Sequence record: OM728297.1
Strand: one strand, 5' to 3'
Length of the DNA stretch: 64,000 nucleotides
Shown one piece after another: positions 19,571 to 26,912 of this stretch (positions are counted from its first letter, which is position 1; each line of letters begins with the position of its first letter). The notes beneath the pieces were generated by a model, which had not been told where the DNA came from, searched no databases, and saw nothing but the letters and a program-made list of their open reading frames with translations. Both the position numbers and the translations under genes were made by a program.

Positions 19571-20293
19571 ATGTTTAGAGGAAATGTATTTTTAACTGAT
19601 ATTTTATATGTAAAACATACAGGTTATGAAGAAAAAATTGAATATCATTTCAAAGAAAATGAGTCAATTTTTGATTTTGCTCGTATACTACCTATGACTG
19701 TAATTGTTGAAAGAGCTACTAATGTTTTAATTCGTCATGAAGTAAAAGATGGTTTTATTTATATTCCATCAGTTATAAAAGAACAGAATAATATATTTGA
19801 TCTATCTAAATATGAGCTATTTAATATTCCATTGAATGACAAAAAATTAGATATAGAAATACCTAGCTATACAATGATCGACAGTTCAAGGGTTAAAAAG
19901 AATGGAATAAAACTCATTGAAAAAGTCACTAAACAGATTTTTTCTAATAGAAATAATTATATAAGTAATGAAGAGTTAAAAGTCATCTTAGACGGAATTA
20001 AACAGGAAGAATTTAATCGTATATGCAATTTCTCTAATGAAGAGAGTCGTTATGAATTAATATTTGGTAGTTTAAAGTCTACAACTGGAAAAGATGAATA
20101 TATTAACATGAAAAGTAGTTTTGGAAACTTTATTTTCCCATCTATTGATAAAGAAACTATTAATATTATTAAAAAAGAATTTTCTAATAAAATTTTAATA
20201 ATAGATAGCGAAAGAATTAATAAAGTAATCAATAATATAATAGACTTTAAACTACTTATCAATTTAAAAAAACAAATAAATAGCTCCCTTTAG
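19571..20293 (+). CDS. Hypothetical early protein
   Basis: Start moved to ATG 19571 behind GGAGG. Confidence 0.65.
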   Translation: MFRGNVFLTDILYVKHTGYEEKIEYHFKENESIFDFARILPMTVIVERATNVLIRHEVKDGFIYIPSVIKEQNNIFDLSKYELFNIPLNDKKLDIEIPSYTMIDSSRVKKNGIKLIEKVTKQIFSNRNNYISNEELKVILDGIKQEEFNRICNFSNEESRYELIFGSLKSTTGKDEYINMKSSFGNFIFPSIDKETINIIKKEFSNKILIIDSERINKVINNIIDFKLLINLKKQINSSL

Positions 20294-20309
20294 GGAGTTA
20301 TTTTTTTTT
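20278..20309 (+). terminator. Intrinsic terminator
   Basis: AAATAGCTCCC TTTA GGGAGTTATTT plus long T tract. Confidence 0.8.
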
Positions 20310-20338
20310 ATATTTTTTAAGTAAAATTAAAATATTAT

Positions 20339-20354
20339 AACAAATATATATTAT
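20339..20354 (+). promoter_or_regulatory. Overlapping late (AACA-N6-TA) and early (AAATATATATTAT) promoter
   Basis: AACAAATATATATTAT contains both motifs. Confidence 0.65.
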
Positions 20355-20377
20355 ATAATTGATGGAGGTTTAAGAAA

Positions 20378-20758
20378 ATGAGTGAAGAAAAAGTTTTAGA
20401 AAATCAAGAAGAAGTAGTAGAAAAAGAGGAAGTTGGAGAAAGTGAACAACCTCAATTAGAAGGTGATATTGTACAATTTACAGTTGGAATTAATTCTAAT
20501 CAAATGTATAATGTTAGATCAACAGTTGAAACTGGATTAGACCTAAGAGAATATATGCAAGCTATCGCAACTATTAAACTTAATACAATTATTAGCATCT
20601 TAAGTGGAAATGAAAAGAAATATGATAATTTGAAAATTTTTAAAGAATTTGAGAAAGAAACTTTATCAATGGCTATTGATAAAATCTTGGAAGGTTTCTC
20701 TGAAAAAGAAATTTCTGATATTGAGAAAAACCAAATTAAAAAATTATTTGCTGAATAA
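20378..20758 (+). CDS. Hypothetical acidic protein
   Basis: RBS GGAGG; 126 aa. Confidence 0.7.
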   Translation: MSEEKVLENQEEVVEKEEVGESEQPQLEGDIVQFTVGINSNQMYNVRSTVETGLDLREYMQAIATIKLNTIISILSGNEKKYDNLKIFKEFEKETLSMAIDKILEGFSEKEISDIEKNQIKKLFAE

Positions 20759-20764
20759 TATAAT

Positions 20765-20798
20765 ATATCAAGTATGAACAATTGTTCATACTTGATAT
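20765..20798. repeat. Perfect 34-bp palindrome
   Basis: ATATCAAGTATGAACAA|TTGTTCATACTTGATAT, checked base by base. Confidence 0.9.
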
Positions 20799-20938
20799 TA
20801 ATTAAACCTCCATTAAAATAAGTATAGTGGATATACTTATTTTATCTTTGTTAATTTCCAATACATCTGTCACTAATTATCTAAAATTTTTAGTAAATTA
20901 GTAACAAAAGATTGACTTATACTCAGGAGGTTAACATA

Positions 20939-21460
20939 ATGAAAAAGAGATTATTAGTTATTGCTGGACCATCAGGCTGTGGAAAGAATTATATCACTGA
21001 TTTATTAATTGGTACTTATCCAGAATTATTTCAACAGCTTCCACAATATACTACTAGGGAGAAGAGAACACCAGATGAGAATACTTATCACTTTATTAGT
21101 AAGTCTCATTATGATGTAATTGAACATGCATTAATTGCTAAAACTGAAATTAATGGATATCATTACGGGACAGTTCCAAGCTTTGAAGAAAATAAAATCG
21201 GTATTATTATTGCTAATAAAAAAGGAATTGAGAGTTTGAGAGAATACCTTTCTAATAACACTGATAATGTAGAGGTATTTTATTTGGGAATTGATTCGGA
21301 GCAACCAAAAGAGAGAGATGAAAGAACTAAAGAATATGTCGCAAATGAAAGAAAAGAATTAAAACCAATTATTAATGATTGGTTAGTCAATATTCCACCC
21401 TATAATTATATTACTGCGGAAGATGTTTATCAATACTTAGAGAATAAAAAGTTTATTTAA
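20939..21460 (+). CDS. Guanylate kinase-like nucleoside monophosphate kinase
   Basis: GPSGCGK P-loop, YTTREKR, YHFIS, YHYGT; start moved to ATG 20939 behind GGAGG. Confidence 0.85.
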   Translation: MKKRLLVIAGPSGCGKNYITDLLIGTYPELFQQLPQYTTREKRTPDENTYHFISKSHYDVIEHALIAKTEINGYHYGTVPSFEENKIGIIIANKKGIESLREYLSNNTDNVEVFYLGIDSEQPKERDERTKEYVANERKELKPIINDWLVNIPPYNYITAEDVYQYLENKKFI

Positions 21461-21465
21461 ACATA

Positions 21466-21477
21466 AACAATCGATTA
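21466..21477 (+). promoter_or_regulatory. Late promoter inside a hairpin arm
   Basis: AACA ATCGAT TA overlapping the 13-bp inverted repeat 21469-21500. Confidence 0.55.
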
Positions 21478-21527
21478 TAGGTTTATTCCTATAATCGATT
21501 TAGTTTGTCATAGGGGGAGGTTGAATT

Positions 21528-22295
21528 ATGACAAACAATTTATACCAAAAACATAATTATCTAAATAAAAGAATTAGTTATCTCAAGAATAATATTATAA
21601 GAGAATATGATATGACCAATGCTGGCGTCAATATTCTACGGAAAAATAATGTTATTACAGAAGAAGAATATCGACATTTAAATTCAATGGAAAAATTAAA
21701 AAAGAATAAAACAGTTGGCTTGTTCTTAAAAAAGAATCCTGATATTAGTGAAGCATTGATCAATGAGTTTGTTTTAATTAGGAAAGAGTTATTTGAGAAG
21801 AATAATATTGATGATGATGATATCTTATCAATTAAAAAAGATGCAGTTTTTATCATTAATAAAAAGTTAACCAATTTAGAATTAAACGAATATTATAAAT
21901 TCCAAGAAAAGAATAGGTATATTAGTTATATTAATATTGATAATAAAGAGTTTTATTATAAATCAGATAGAACTCTAGATATTAAGGGTTATAGTAAGGA
22001 AATAAAGGAATTCCATAAGGATTACTTATTTAAAGATTTAGAAGAACTTCTTTTCCTAGATACACATAATGAAGAAAATGCACTATTTGAGAAATTAATA
22101 CAACTTAAATATAATTTCGTAACCAGAGAATTACCTTATCAGTACTATCTAGATTTAATTTATGGTAAATATTTATATGGTATTTTAAATCATATGTATT
22201 ACTTGGACGAAATAACAGAAGATTTAAAAAAATATGTTCTAATCAATAACAACCTTAATTTCTTACTTAGAGTGATAAATATTCTATTAAAATGA
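21528..22295 (+). CDS. Minimal family-B DNA polymerase-like palm protein
   Basis: IREYDMTNAG (motif A-like), LSIKKDAVFI (motif C-like), LDIKG (thumb entry); only 255 aa, no exonuclease domain. Confidence 0.55.
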   Translation: MTNNLYQKHNYLNKRISYLKNNIIREYDMTNAGVNILRKNNVITEEEYRHLNSMEKLKKNKTVGLFLKKNPDISEALINEFVLIRKELFEKNNIDDDDILSIKKDAVFIINKKLTNLELNEYYKFQEKNRYISYINIDNKEFYYKSDRTLDIKGYSKEIKEFHKDYLFKDLEELLFLDTHNEENALFEKLIQLKYNFVTRELPYQYYLDLIYGKYLYGILNHMYYLDEITEDLKKYVLINNNLNFLLRVINILLK

Positions 22296-22330
22296 TTAAA
22301 ACAGTAGAGTTTCAGTCTACTGTTTTAATC
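22294..22330. terminator. Bidirectional terminator between convergent genes
   Basis: GATTAAAACAGTAGA/TCTACTGTTTTAATC, 7-nt loop. Confidence 0.7.
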
Positions 22331-22336
22331 GTTATA

Positions 22337-22792
22337 TTATTTTACTTTTTTTATAGTTGTTCTATTAAGTTCCACTGTAATCTCAGCAATTCGATTATAT
22401 ACCAAAACAGTAACAAAATCAGTTAAATCCCGAATATAGACACTTAAACTTTCTTTATAAGGTTCTGATAGTTGTTGCATTACACTATGAGTAGTCTCAG
22501 CAGTTATTTTTATAAGAATATCATCATTTAATAAAGATAGACTAGTAGATCTTCTTTGATATGGAATTAATTTCAAATCTCTAGATTTGTTACAAAAATA
22601 ATCTACTAAAAACATTAGATATTTAGTATCTGACTCAAAATCTTTATTAGCTAATTTTTTTTCTATGTTCCCATTAATAGAATTTAATCCCTTACTTTTA
22701 TCTAAAGTACCTACAATCTTGATCATAAATTTAGCGAAAAAAAGAATAACAAAAAGGTTTAATAGTACAATTAAAGCAATTAATAGTTCCAT
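22337..22792 (-). CDS. N-terminally membrane-anchored hypothetical protein
   Basis: ATG 22792 behind GGAGG; MELLIALIVLLNLFVILFFAKF transmembrane segment. Confidence 0.65.
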   Translation of the reverse strand: MELLIALIVLLNLFVILFFAKFMIKIVGTLDKSKGLNSINGNIEKKLANKDFESDTKYLMFLVDYFCNKSRDLKLIPYQRRSTSLSLLNDDILIKITAETTHSVMQQLSEPYKESLSVYIRDLTDFVTVLVYNRIAEITVELNRTTIKKVK

Positions 22793-22833
22793 TGATATTC
22801 CTCCTATAAAAAAAGAAGGACTCAATGTCCTTC

Positions 22834-23367
22834 TTATTCTCCATTTCTTATTTTTAAAGCACGTTCTTTATATTCAACAGCAAGACTATCTGCCATTTCT
22901 TGGTAGTAAGTATATGGATCATCTTTTAATGTAATGTTCTTTCCTTTGTGACCTCTTAACCAATTAAACTGTAATATGATACGTTTCCTAGCAAAATAAA
23001 TTTTATATTCATTTAATAATTTCCATAAATCTAGATTTTTTATTTCCCCAGAAGAATTTCTCCATCCATTTTTAATCCATTTATTTAATCTATCTCTAGC
23101 CCCTAGTATAGTATATTCTGAATCTGATATAATTTCAATGACTCCTATTTCATTAGGATTCTTTTCAACAAAATCTTTCATTTCTTTTAACCCTAAAATT
23201 ACACCCATTAATTCATTATAATTATTTGTTGATTTATCAAAAGCTTTTAATCGTTTACCTATTAATTGAAATTCTTCATTTACAAATAATGTTGCACATG
23301 TACCAAGAGCATCTGGTTTACCATTATGAAATGAAGCGGCATCTGAGAAAATATAAATCTTTTTCAT
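22834..23367 (-). CDS. rnhA: Ribonuclease HI
   Basis: FSDAA, TNNYNEL, ISDSEY, WIKNGW, NLDLW, WLRGH, MADSLA: D-E-D-D set intact. Confidence 0.93.
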   Translation of the reverse strand: MKKIYIFSDAASFHNGKPDALGTCATLFVNEEFQLIGKRLKAFDKSTNNYNELMGVILGLKEMKDFVEKNPNEIGVIEIISDSEYTILGARDRLNKWIKNGWRNSSGEIKNLDLWKLLNEYKIYFARKRIILQFNWLRGHKGKNITLKDDPYTYYQEMADSLAVEYKERALKIRNGE

Positions 23368-23402
23368 ATGAATCTCCTCCTAAAAAATATGTATTCATTA
23401 TA

Positions 23403-23415
23403 ATAATATATATTT
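23403..23415 (-). promoter_or_regulatory. Early promoter motif
   Basis: AAATATATATTAT upstream of RNase H. Confidence 0.75.
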
Positions 23416-23450
23416 GAAACATGTATATGTTATTAATAATAATTAAAATA

Positions 23451-23462
23451 AACAATATAATA
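23451..23462 (+). promoter_or_regulatory. Late promoter AACA-N6-TA
   Basis: AACA ATATAA TA upstream of 23494. Confidence 0.7.
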
Positions 23463-23493
23463 TTTCATAATACTATAAGGATGGTGAGAAAAA

Positions 23494-24198
23494 ATGTTAG
23501 TACCAAAGATGAATAATCCAAGTCTTATAAATGAAGATGAGTCTTATGAAGTTGTAATTGATTCTATTGATGATCGTGCAGACTTTTTTAATTTTGAAAT
23601 TACTTCTAATGAGAAGGAAAGACTAAAATTTATCAAACGAATTGAAAAGATAATTAGACGTTCATTTGAATATAAAACTTATATTGGCTTTTTAAAAAAT
23701 GAACTAGATTTGACAAAATGTACTTTCCTTCCAATGGTAGATACAAAGGAAATTAAAAAAGTTGGTTTAGAATTCCATCACTACCCTTTTACTCTTTTTG
23801 ATATTGTAAGCATAGTACTAGATGAACATATTCTTGTTAATGGAGAAAAAAGAATTAATCCATTTGATATTGCTGAAGAAGTCATGGAATTACATTATCA
23901 GAATTATATAGGGTTAGTTCCACTTACAAAAACTGTTCATGAGCTAGTACACTCTGGAAAGATTTTTGTAAACCTTAACTATGTATTTGGTAACTATACA
24001 AAGTTTATTAATAAGTATGAGTCAGCTAATACTGAAAATTTCCAAGTATTATTAGGTAATTTAGAACAGCTTAGTCAGAAAGAAGATAGAGAAGGAAGTA
24101 TTAATGGTGATATCCTAGACAAGAGTCTATTAAAACTTAATATTAAAGATATTGAAAATCCTAATAAGATTGAAGTAGAAGATGAACTTCTTGCATAA
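23494..24198 (+). CDS. Divergent HNH-like (His-Me finger) protein, paralog of 35674
   Basis: C...EFHHYPFT...GLVPLTKTVHELVHSG. Confidence 0.6.
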   Translation: MLVPKMNNPSLINEDESYEVVIDSIDDRADFFNFEITSNEKERLKFIKRIEKIIRRSFEYKTYIGFLKNELDLTKCTFLPMVDTKEIKKVGLEFHHYPFTLFDIVSIVLDEHILVNGEKRINPFDIAEEVMELHYQNYIGLVPLTKTVHELVHSGKIFVNLNYVFGNYTKFINKYESANTENFQVLLGNLEQLSQKEDREGSINGDILDKSLLKLNIKDIENPNKIEVEDELLA

Positions 24199-24257
24199 AT
24201 ATTAAGTTTTAAAAAATTTATTTCTCTTTTTTATTTTAAAAATTACCCTGCATTTCA

Positions 24258-24269
24258 AACAATTTAATA
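24258..24269 (+). promoter_or_regulatory. Late promoter AACA-N6-TA driving the structured RNA
   Basis: AACA ATTTAA TA; predicted +1 at 24269, directly before the first helix. Confidence 0.65.
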
Positions 24270-24525
24270 CGTGTGAGAGTAGCATCCTTTCACGATGTTC
24301 ACACGGAAGGAGATAGTGAGAGGTCTCCTTCTTACTCAACTGTTCGCAATGTGATTTCTCCATTTAGTACTCTGTGCATACCTCTATAGGTAAACTATGG
24401 GATGATCTTTGTCATTGGTTTTTGTTTCACCTCCGCATTAGTCACTGAGAGGTTTACCGATCCTCTTGGTGACAATGTGACTGTTCTAGTTGTTAATGTT
24501 GGTGCAATTCCAACAACAGTCACCA
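24269..24525 (+). ncRNA. Candidate structured non-coding RNA ending in a tRNA-like minihelix with CCA
   Basis: ORF-free, GC-richer island; at least five helices, a possible pseudoknot, acceptor stem + T-arm + ACCA at the 3' end. Confidence 0.65.
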
Positions 24526-24754
24526 AATCTAAAATATAAAATTAGCTTTTCATTGGCGGAAAACACTTTTTTATATTTAAGAAAATATAACCATCAAACG
24601 TTTCTATTCCCTATTAATAGTTAGATGATAACGATCTTTCTATTACATCCAATCCGATACTCCTTCTAATTTTTATTGGTCTAATCAATTCTGTTCGCCA
24701 TTGATTTAACTAATAAGATTTAGAAGGGGTAAATTATTGAAAGGAATGATTTAA

Positions 24755-25114
24755 ATGAATATAGTACTTGAAGCTTTGCTTCTAAAAAAGTATGAAAAAG
24801 AAATTGATGCATTACATACACATTTAAAAGCTGAAATAGAAAGAGCTATTAATATTTATAAAAATTTAGCTATTGAAGAACTCTTAGATTATAATAAAAA
24901 TTATGAACTACAAGAAGAATTCTCTTCTCCGTTTAAAAGCAAGTGGATTAAGAGTATTGAATATCTTACACATTTAAAAAGATCTATGAATCTTGGTCAA
25001 TTTAATATTCTTAAAGCAGATTTAGATGAGTTAGATAACCATCTTTCCCATCCAAAATTAAATAGAGACAAGACTATTATTCGTTCTTTAATTGATGAAA
25101 TATTAAAATTTTAA
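24755..25114 (+). CDS. Hypothetical protein
   Basis: RBS GAAAGGA; N-terminal VLE resembles the head-protein cleavage motif. Confidence 0.65.
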   Translation: MNIVLEALLLKKYEKEIDALHTHLKAEIERAINIYKNLAIEELLDYNKNYELQEEFSSPFKSKWIKSIEYLTHLKRSMNLGQFNILKADLDELDNHLSHPKLNRDKTIIRSLIDEILKF

Positions 25115-25148
25115 TTTCATCATTTTTTATAAAAATAATCTTACATTT

Positions 25149-25160
25149 AACATATAAATA
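25149..25160 (+). promoter_or_regulatory. Late promoter for tRNA-Asn
   Basis: AACA TATAAA TA, 30 nt upstream of the tRNA. Confidence 0.6.
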
Positions 25161-25190
25161 TGGAATAAATTTTACTCTTCTAGATTTTAT

Positions 25191-25262
25191 TCCCCTTTAG
25201 CTCAATGGTAGAGCATCTCACTGTTAATGAGATGGTTGCAAGTTCGAGTCTTGCAGGGGGAG
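25191..25262 (+). tRNA. trnN: tRNA-Asn(GTT), CCA not encoded
   Basis: Cloverleaf: TCCCCTT/AGGGGGA, GCTC/GAGC, TCTCA-CTGTTAA-TGAGA, GCAAG-TTCGAGT-CTTGC, G73. Confidence 0.95.
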
Positions 25263-25305
25263 TAAAGTCTAGAAGGGTTTTTACTGCCTATTTAGGAGGT
25301 CTATA

Positions 25306-25443
25306 ATGTTTAACTTCTTAATAATCTTATTTGATATATTTATAATATTATGTATGTTACCGTTTCTATTTATATTTAATTCAATGGGAAAAATAATCCT
25401 GCTAAAAAATAGGGAGAAGAATATAGATGTTAAAAAAGATTAG
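25306..25443 (+). CDS. Small membrane protein (45 aa, not in ORF track)
   Basis: RBS AGGAGG; MFNFLIILFDIFIILCMLPFLFIFNSMG... Confidence 0.5.
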   Translation: MFNFLIILFDIFIILCMLPFLFIFNSMGKIILLKNREKNIDVKKD

Positions 25444-25762
25444 ATATTTTATTAAATCAGATGTAGAGTTACATTGTCGTAATATTTGGGAAGATGGAGT
25501 TAAAAGGATTGATGGTTTTAATTTTATAAGTAAGAAACCATTTTCTAATAGTTATCAGTATCATGCACCTCTAACTCTTGAATGTACCTATAGAATGTTA
25601 AAACTGATTCAAAGATCTATAAAAGAAAATAAGAGATCATTAACTTTTAAAATTAATCATGGTATGTCATGTAGTGAATCTATTACTATATGGAAAGGTA
25701 GTTTTAAAAAAGCTGAAAAATTAATGTTTGATTTAATAGAAAATATTCAAAAACAATATTAA
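25427..25762 (+). CDS. Hypothetical protein
   Basis: RBS GGGAG; 111 aa. Confidence 0.6.
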   Translation: MLKKIRYFIKSDVELHCRNIWEDGVKRIDGFNFISKKPFSNSYQYHAPLTLECTYRMLKLIQRSIKENKRSLTFKINHGMSCSESITIWKGSFKKAEKLMFDLIENIQKQY

Positions 25763-25781
25763 TTTTCAAATTAAAAACTAA

Positions 25782-25821
25782 AATAAGTAAACTAGATATT
25801 AGATAATCTAGTTTACTTATT
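25782..25821. terminator. Long hairpin
   Basis: 16-bp arms AATAAGTAAACTAGAT/ATCTAGTTTACTTATT. Confidence 0.55.
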
Positions 25822-25839
25822 AAATAATGGAGTGATATT

Positions 25840-26076
25840 ATGAAAGAAAAAGTTAAAGAATATGTTAAACAAGAATTAGACAAGCTATTAAATGGAGAAG
25901 CAAAAGAAATTAATTTAAGTGGTGTTTATCCACAAGCGCTATATGAGATACTGGGAGATTTTGAAATATCTGAAATGGAAACTAACGGTTGGCAAGCTGA
26001 TTATTGGATTACTACAGAAAAATATGAAATTGAAGGTTCAATGTTCTATGGTAATGCAAAAATTACATTAGTATAA
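25840..26076 (+). CDS. Hypothetical protein
   Basis: RBS GGAGTG; 78 aa; GWQADYW motif. Confidence 0.65.
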   Translation: MKEKVKEYVKQELDKLLNGEAKEINLSGVYPQALYEILGDFEISEMETNGWQADYWITTEKYEIEGSMFYGNAKITLV

Positions 26077-26102
26077 TTTGACTTAAATTTGGAGGAGTAT
26101 AA

Positions 26103-26873
26103 ATGTCAATGTTAACGGTTAAACAGAGAATCGGAAATCTACATGATAATATCAATAATGCAAGAAGTAATATAGTAAGTCTCTCAGACAATATTAATGA
26201 AATTAAAGAAATCTACAAGGAAATAAATTCTTCTAAATCATTTTTACAAGATGTTGAACAATTATTGGCTACAAAATATAATAATGAGATTAAGAAGATT
26301 TTAGAAAGTATTTTTGATAATAAAACTTTAACAGGTTTCCATGAAAATACTGAAACTAATGTAGTTAATGTAAGTCTAAATTTATTTGATAAAATAACAA
26401 AAGATGTTGATGAAGAATTTTTTGATATTAATATATTGGAAATTTTATCTTCACAGAGAATTGAGATTGATTTTGATTCTAGAATTATTGAGAATGTTTC
26501 AATGAAATCAACTTTGGAATTCATATCTAGTATTATTAGACAGAAGATAGAATCAAAAGAAGTATTAAATATTAGACTAAATCATAATTTAAAACGACTG
26601 GATAAGAGTATTAAGATCACAAAAAAATCAAGAGAAATCAATCAAGAATCTAAGAATAAAATAAATGAGCAAATTATTGCCAATGAAATTTATACTACAA
26701 AGGCGAATAACTTTATTAAAGAGCCAAAGTTAAATATTTATATCCAAAAACTAGAGAAAGAGATAGAATCTAGTATGGAAAAAATGAAGAACTACTTAGA
26801 TAGTTATTTTGGAATTGAATTTTTTATTCAAAGTAAAAATAATAGATTAAGTGAGTCATTATCCTCTAATTAG
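26103..26873 (+). CDS. Hypothetical coiled-coil protein
   Basis: RBS GGAGGAG; heptad-rich N- and C-termini. Confidence 0.65.
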   Translation: MSMLTVKQRIGNLHDNINNARSNIVSLSDNINEIKEIYKEINSSKSFLQDVEQLLATKYNNEIKKILESIFDNKTLTGFHENTETNVVNVSLNLFDKITKDVDEEFFDINILEILSSQRIEIDFDSRIIENVSMKSTLEFISSIIRQKIESKEVLNIRLNHNLKRLDKSIKITKKSREINQESKNKINEQIIANEIYTTKANNFIKEPKLNIYIQKLEKEIESSMEKMKNYLDSYFGIEFFIQSKNNRLSESLSSN

Positions 26874-26878
26874 TTTAT

Positions 26879-26890
26879 AACAATAAATTA
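26879..26890 (+). promoter_or_regulatory. Late promoter AACA-N6-TA
   Basis: AACA ATAAAT TA upstream of the holin-like gene. Confidence 0.65.
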
Positions 26891-26912
26891 AATAAATAAA
26901 GGAGGGTTATTA

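Noticed and set aside
24269-24525. tmRNA, SRP RNA or RNase P RNA identity for the structured RNA
   Set aside because: No G3-U70 pair or tag reading frame, and no second acceptor 5' strand after the CCA for a permuted tmRNA; CGGAAGGA lacks the flanking CAGG/AGCAG of SRP helix 8; no RNase P P4 consensus
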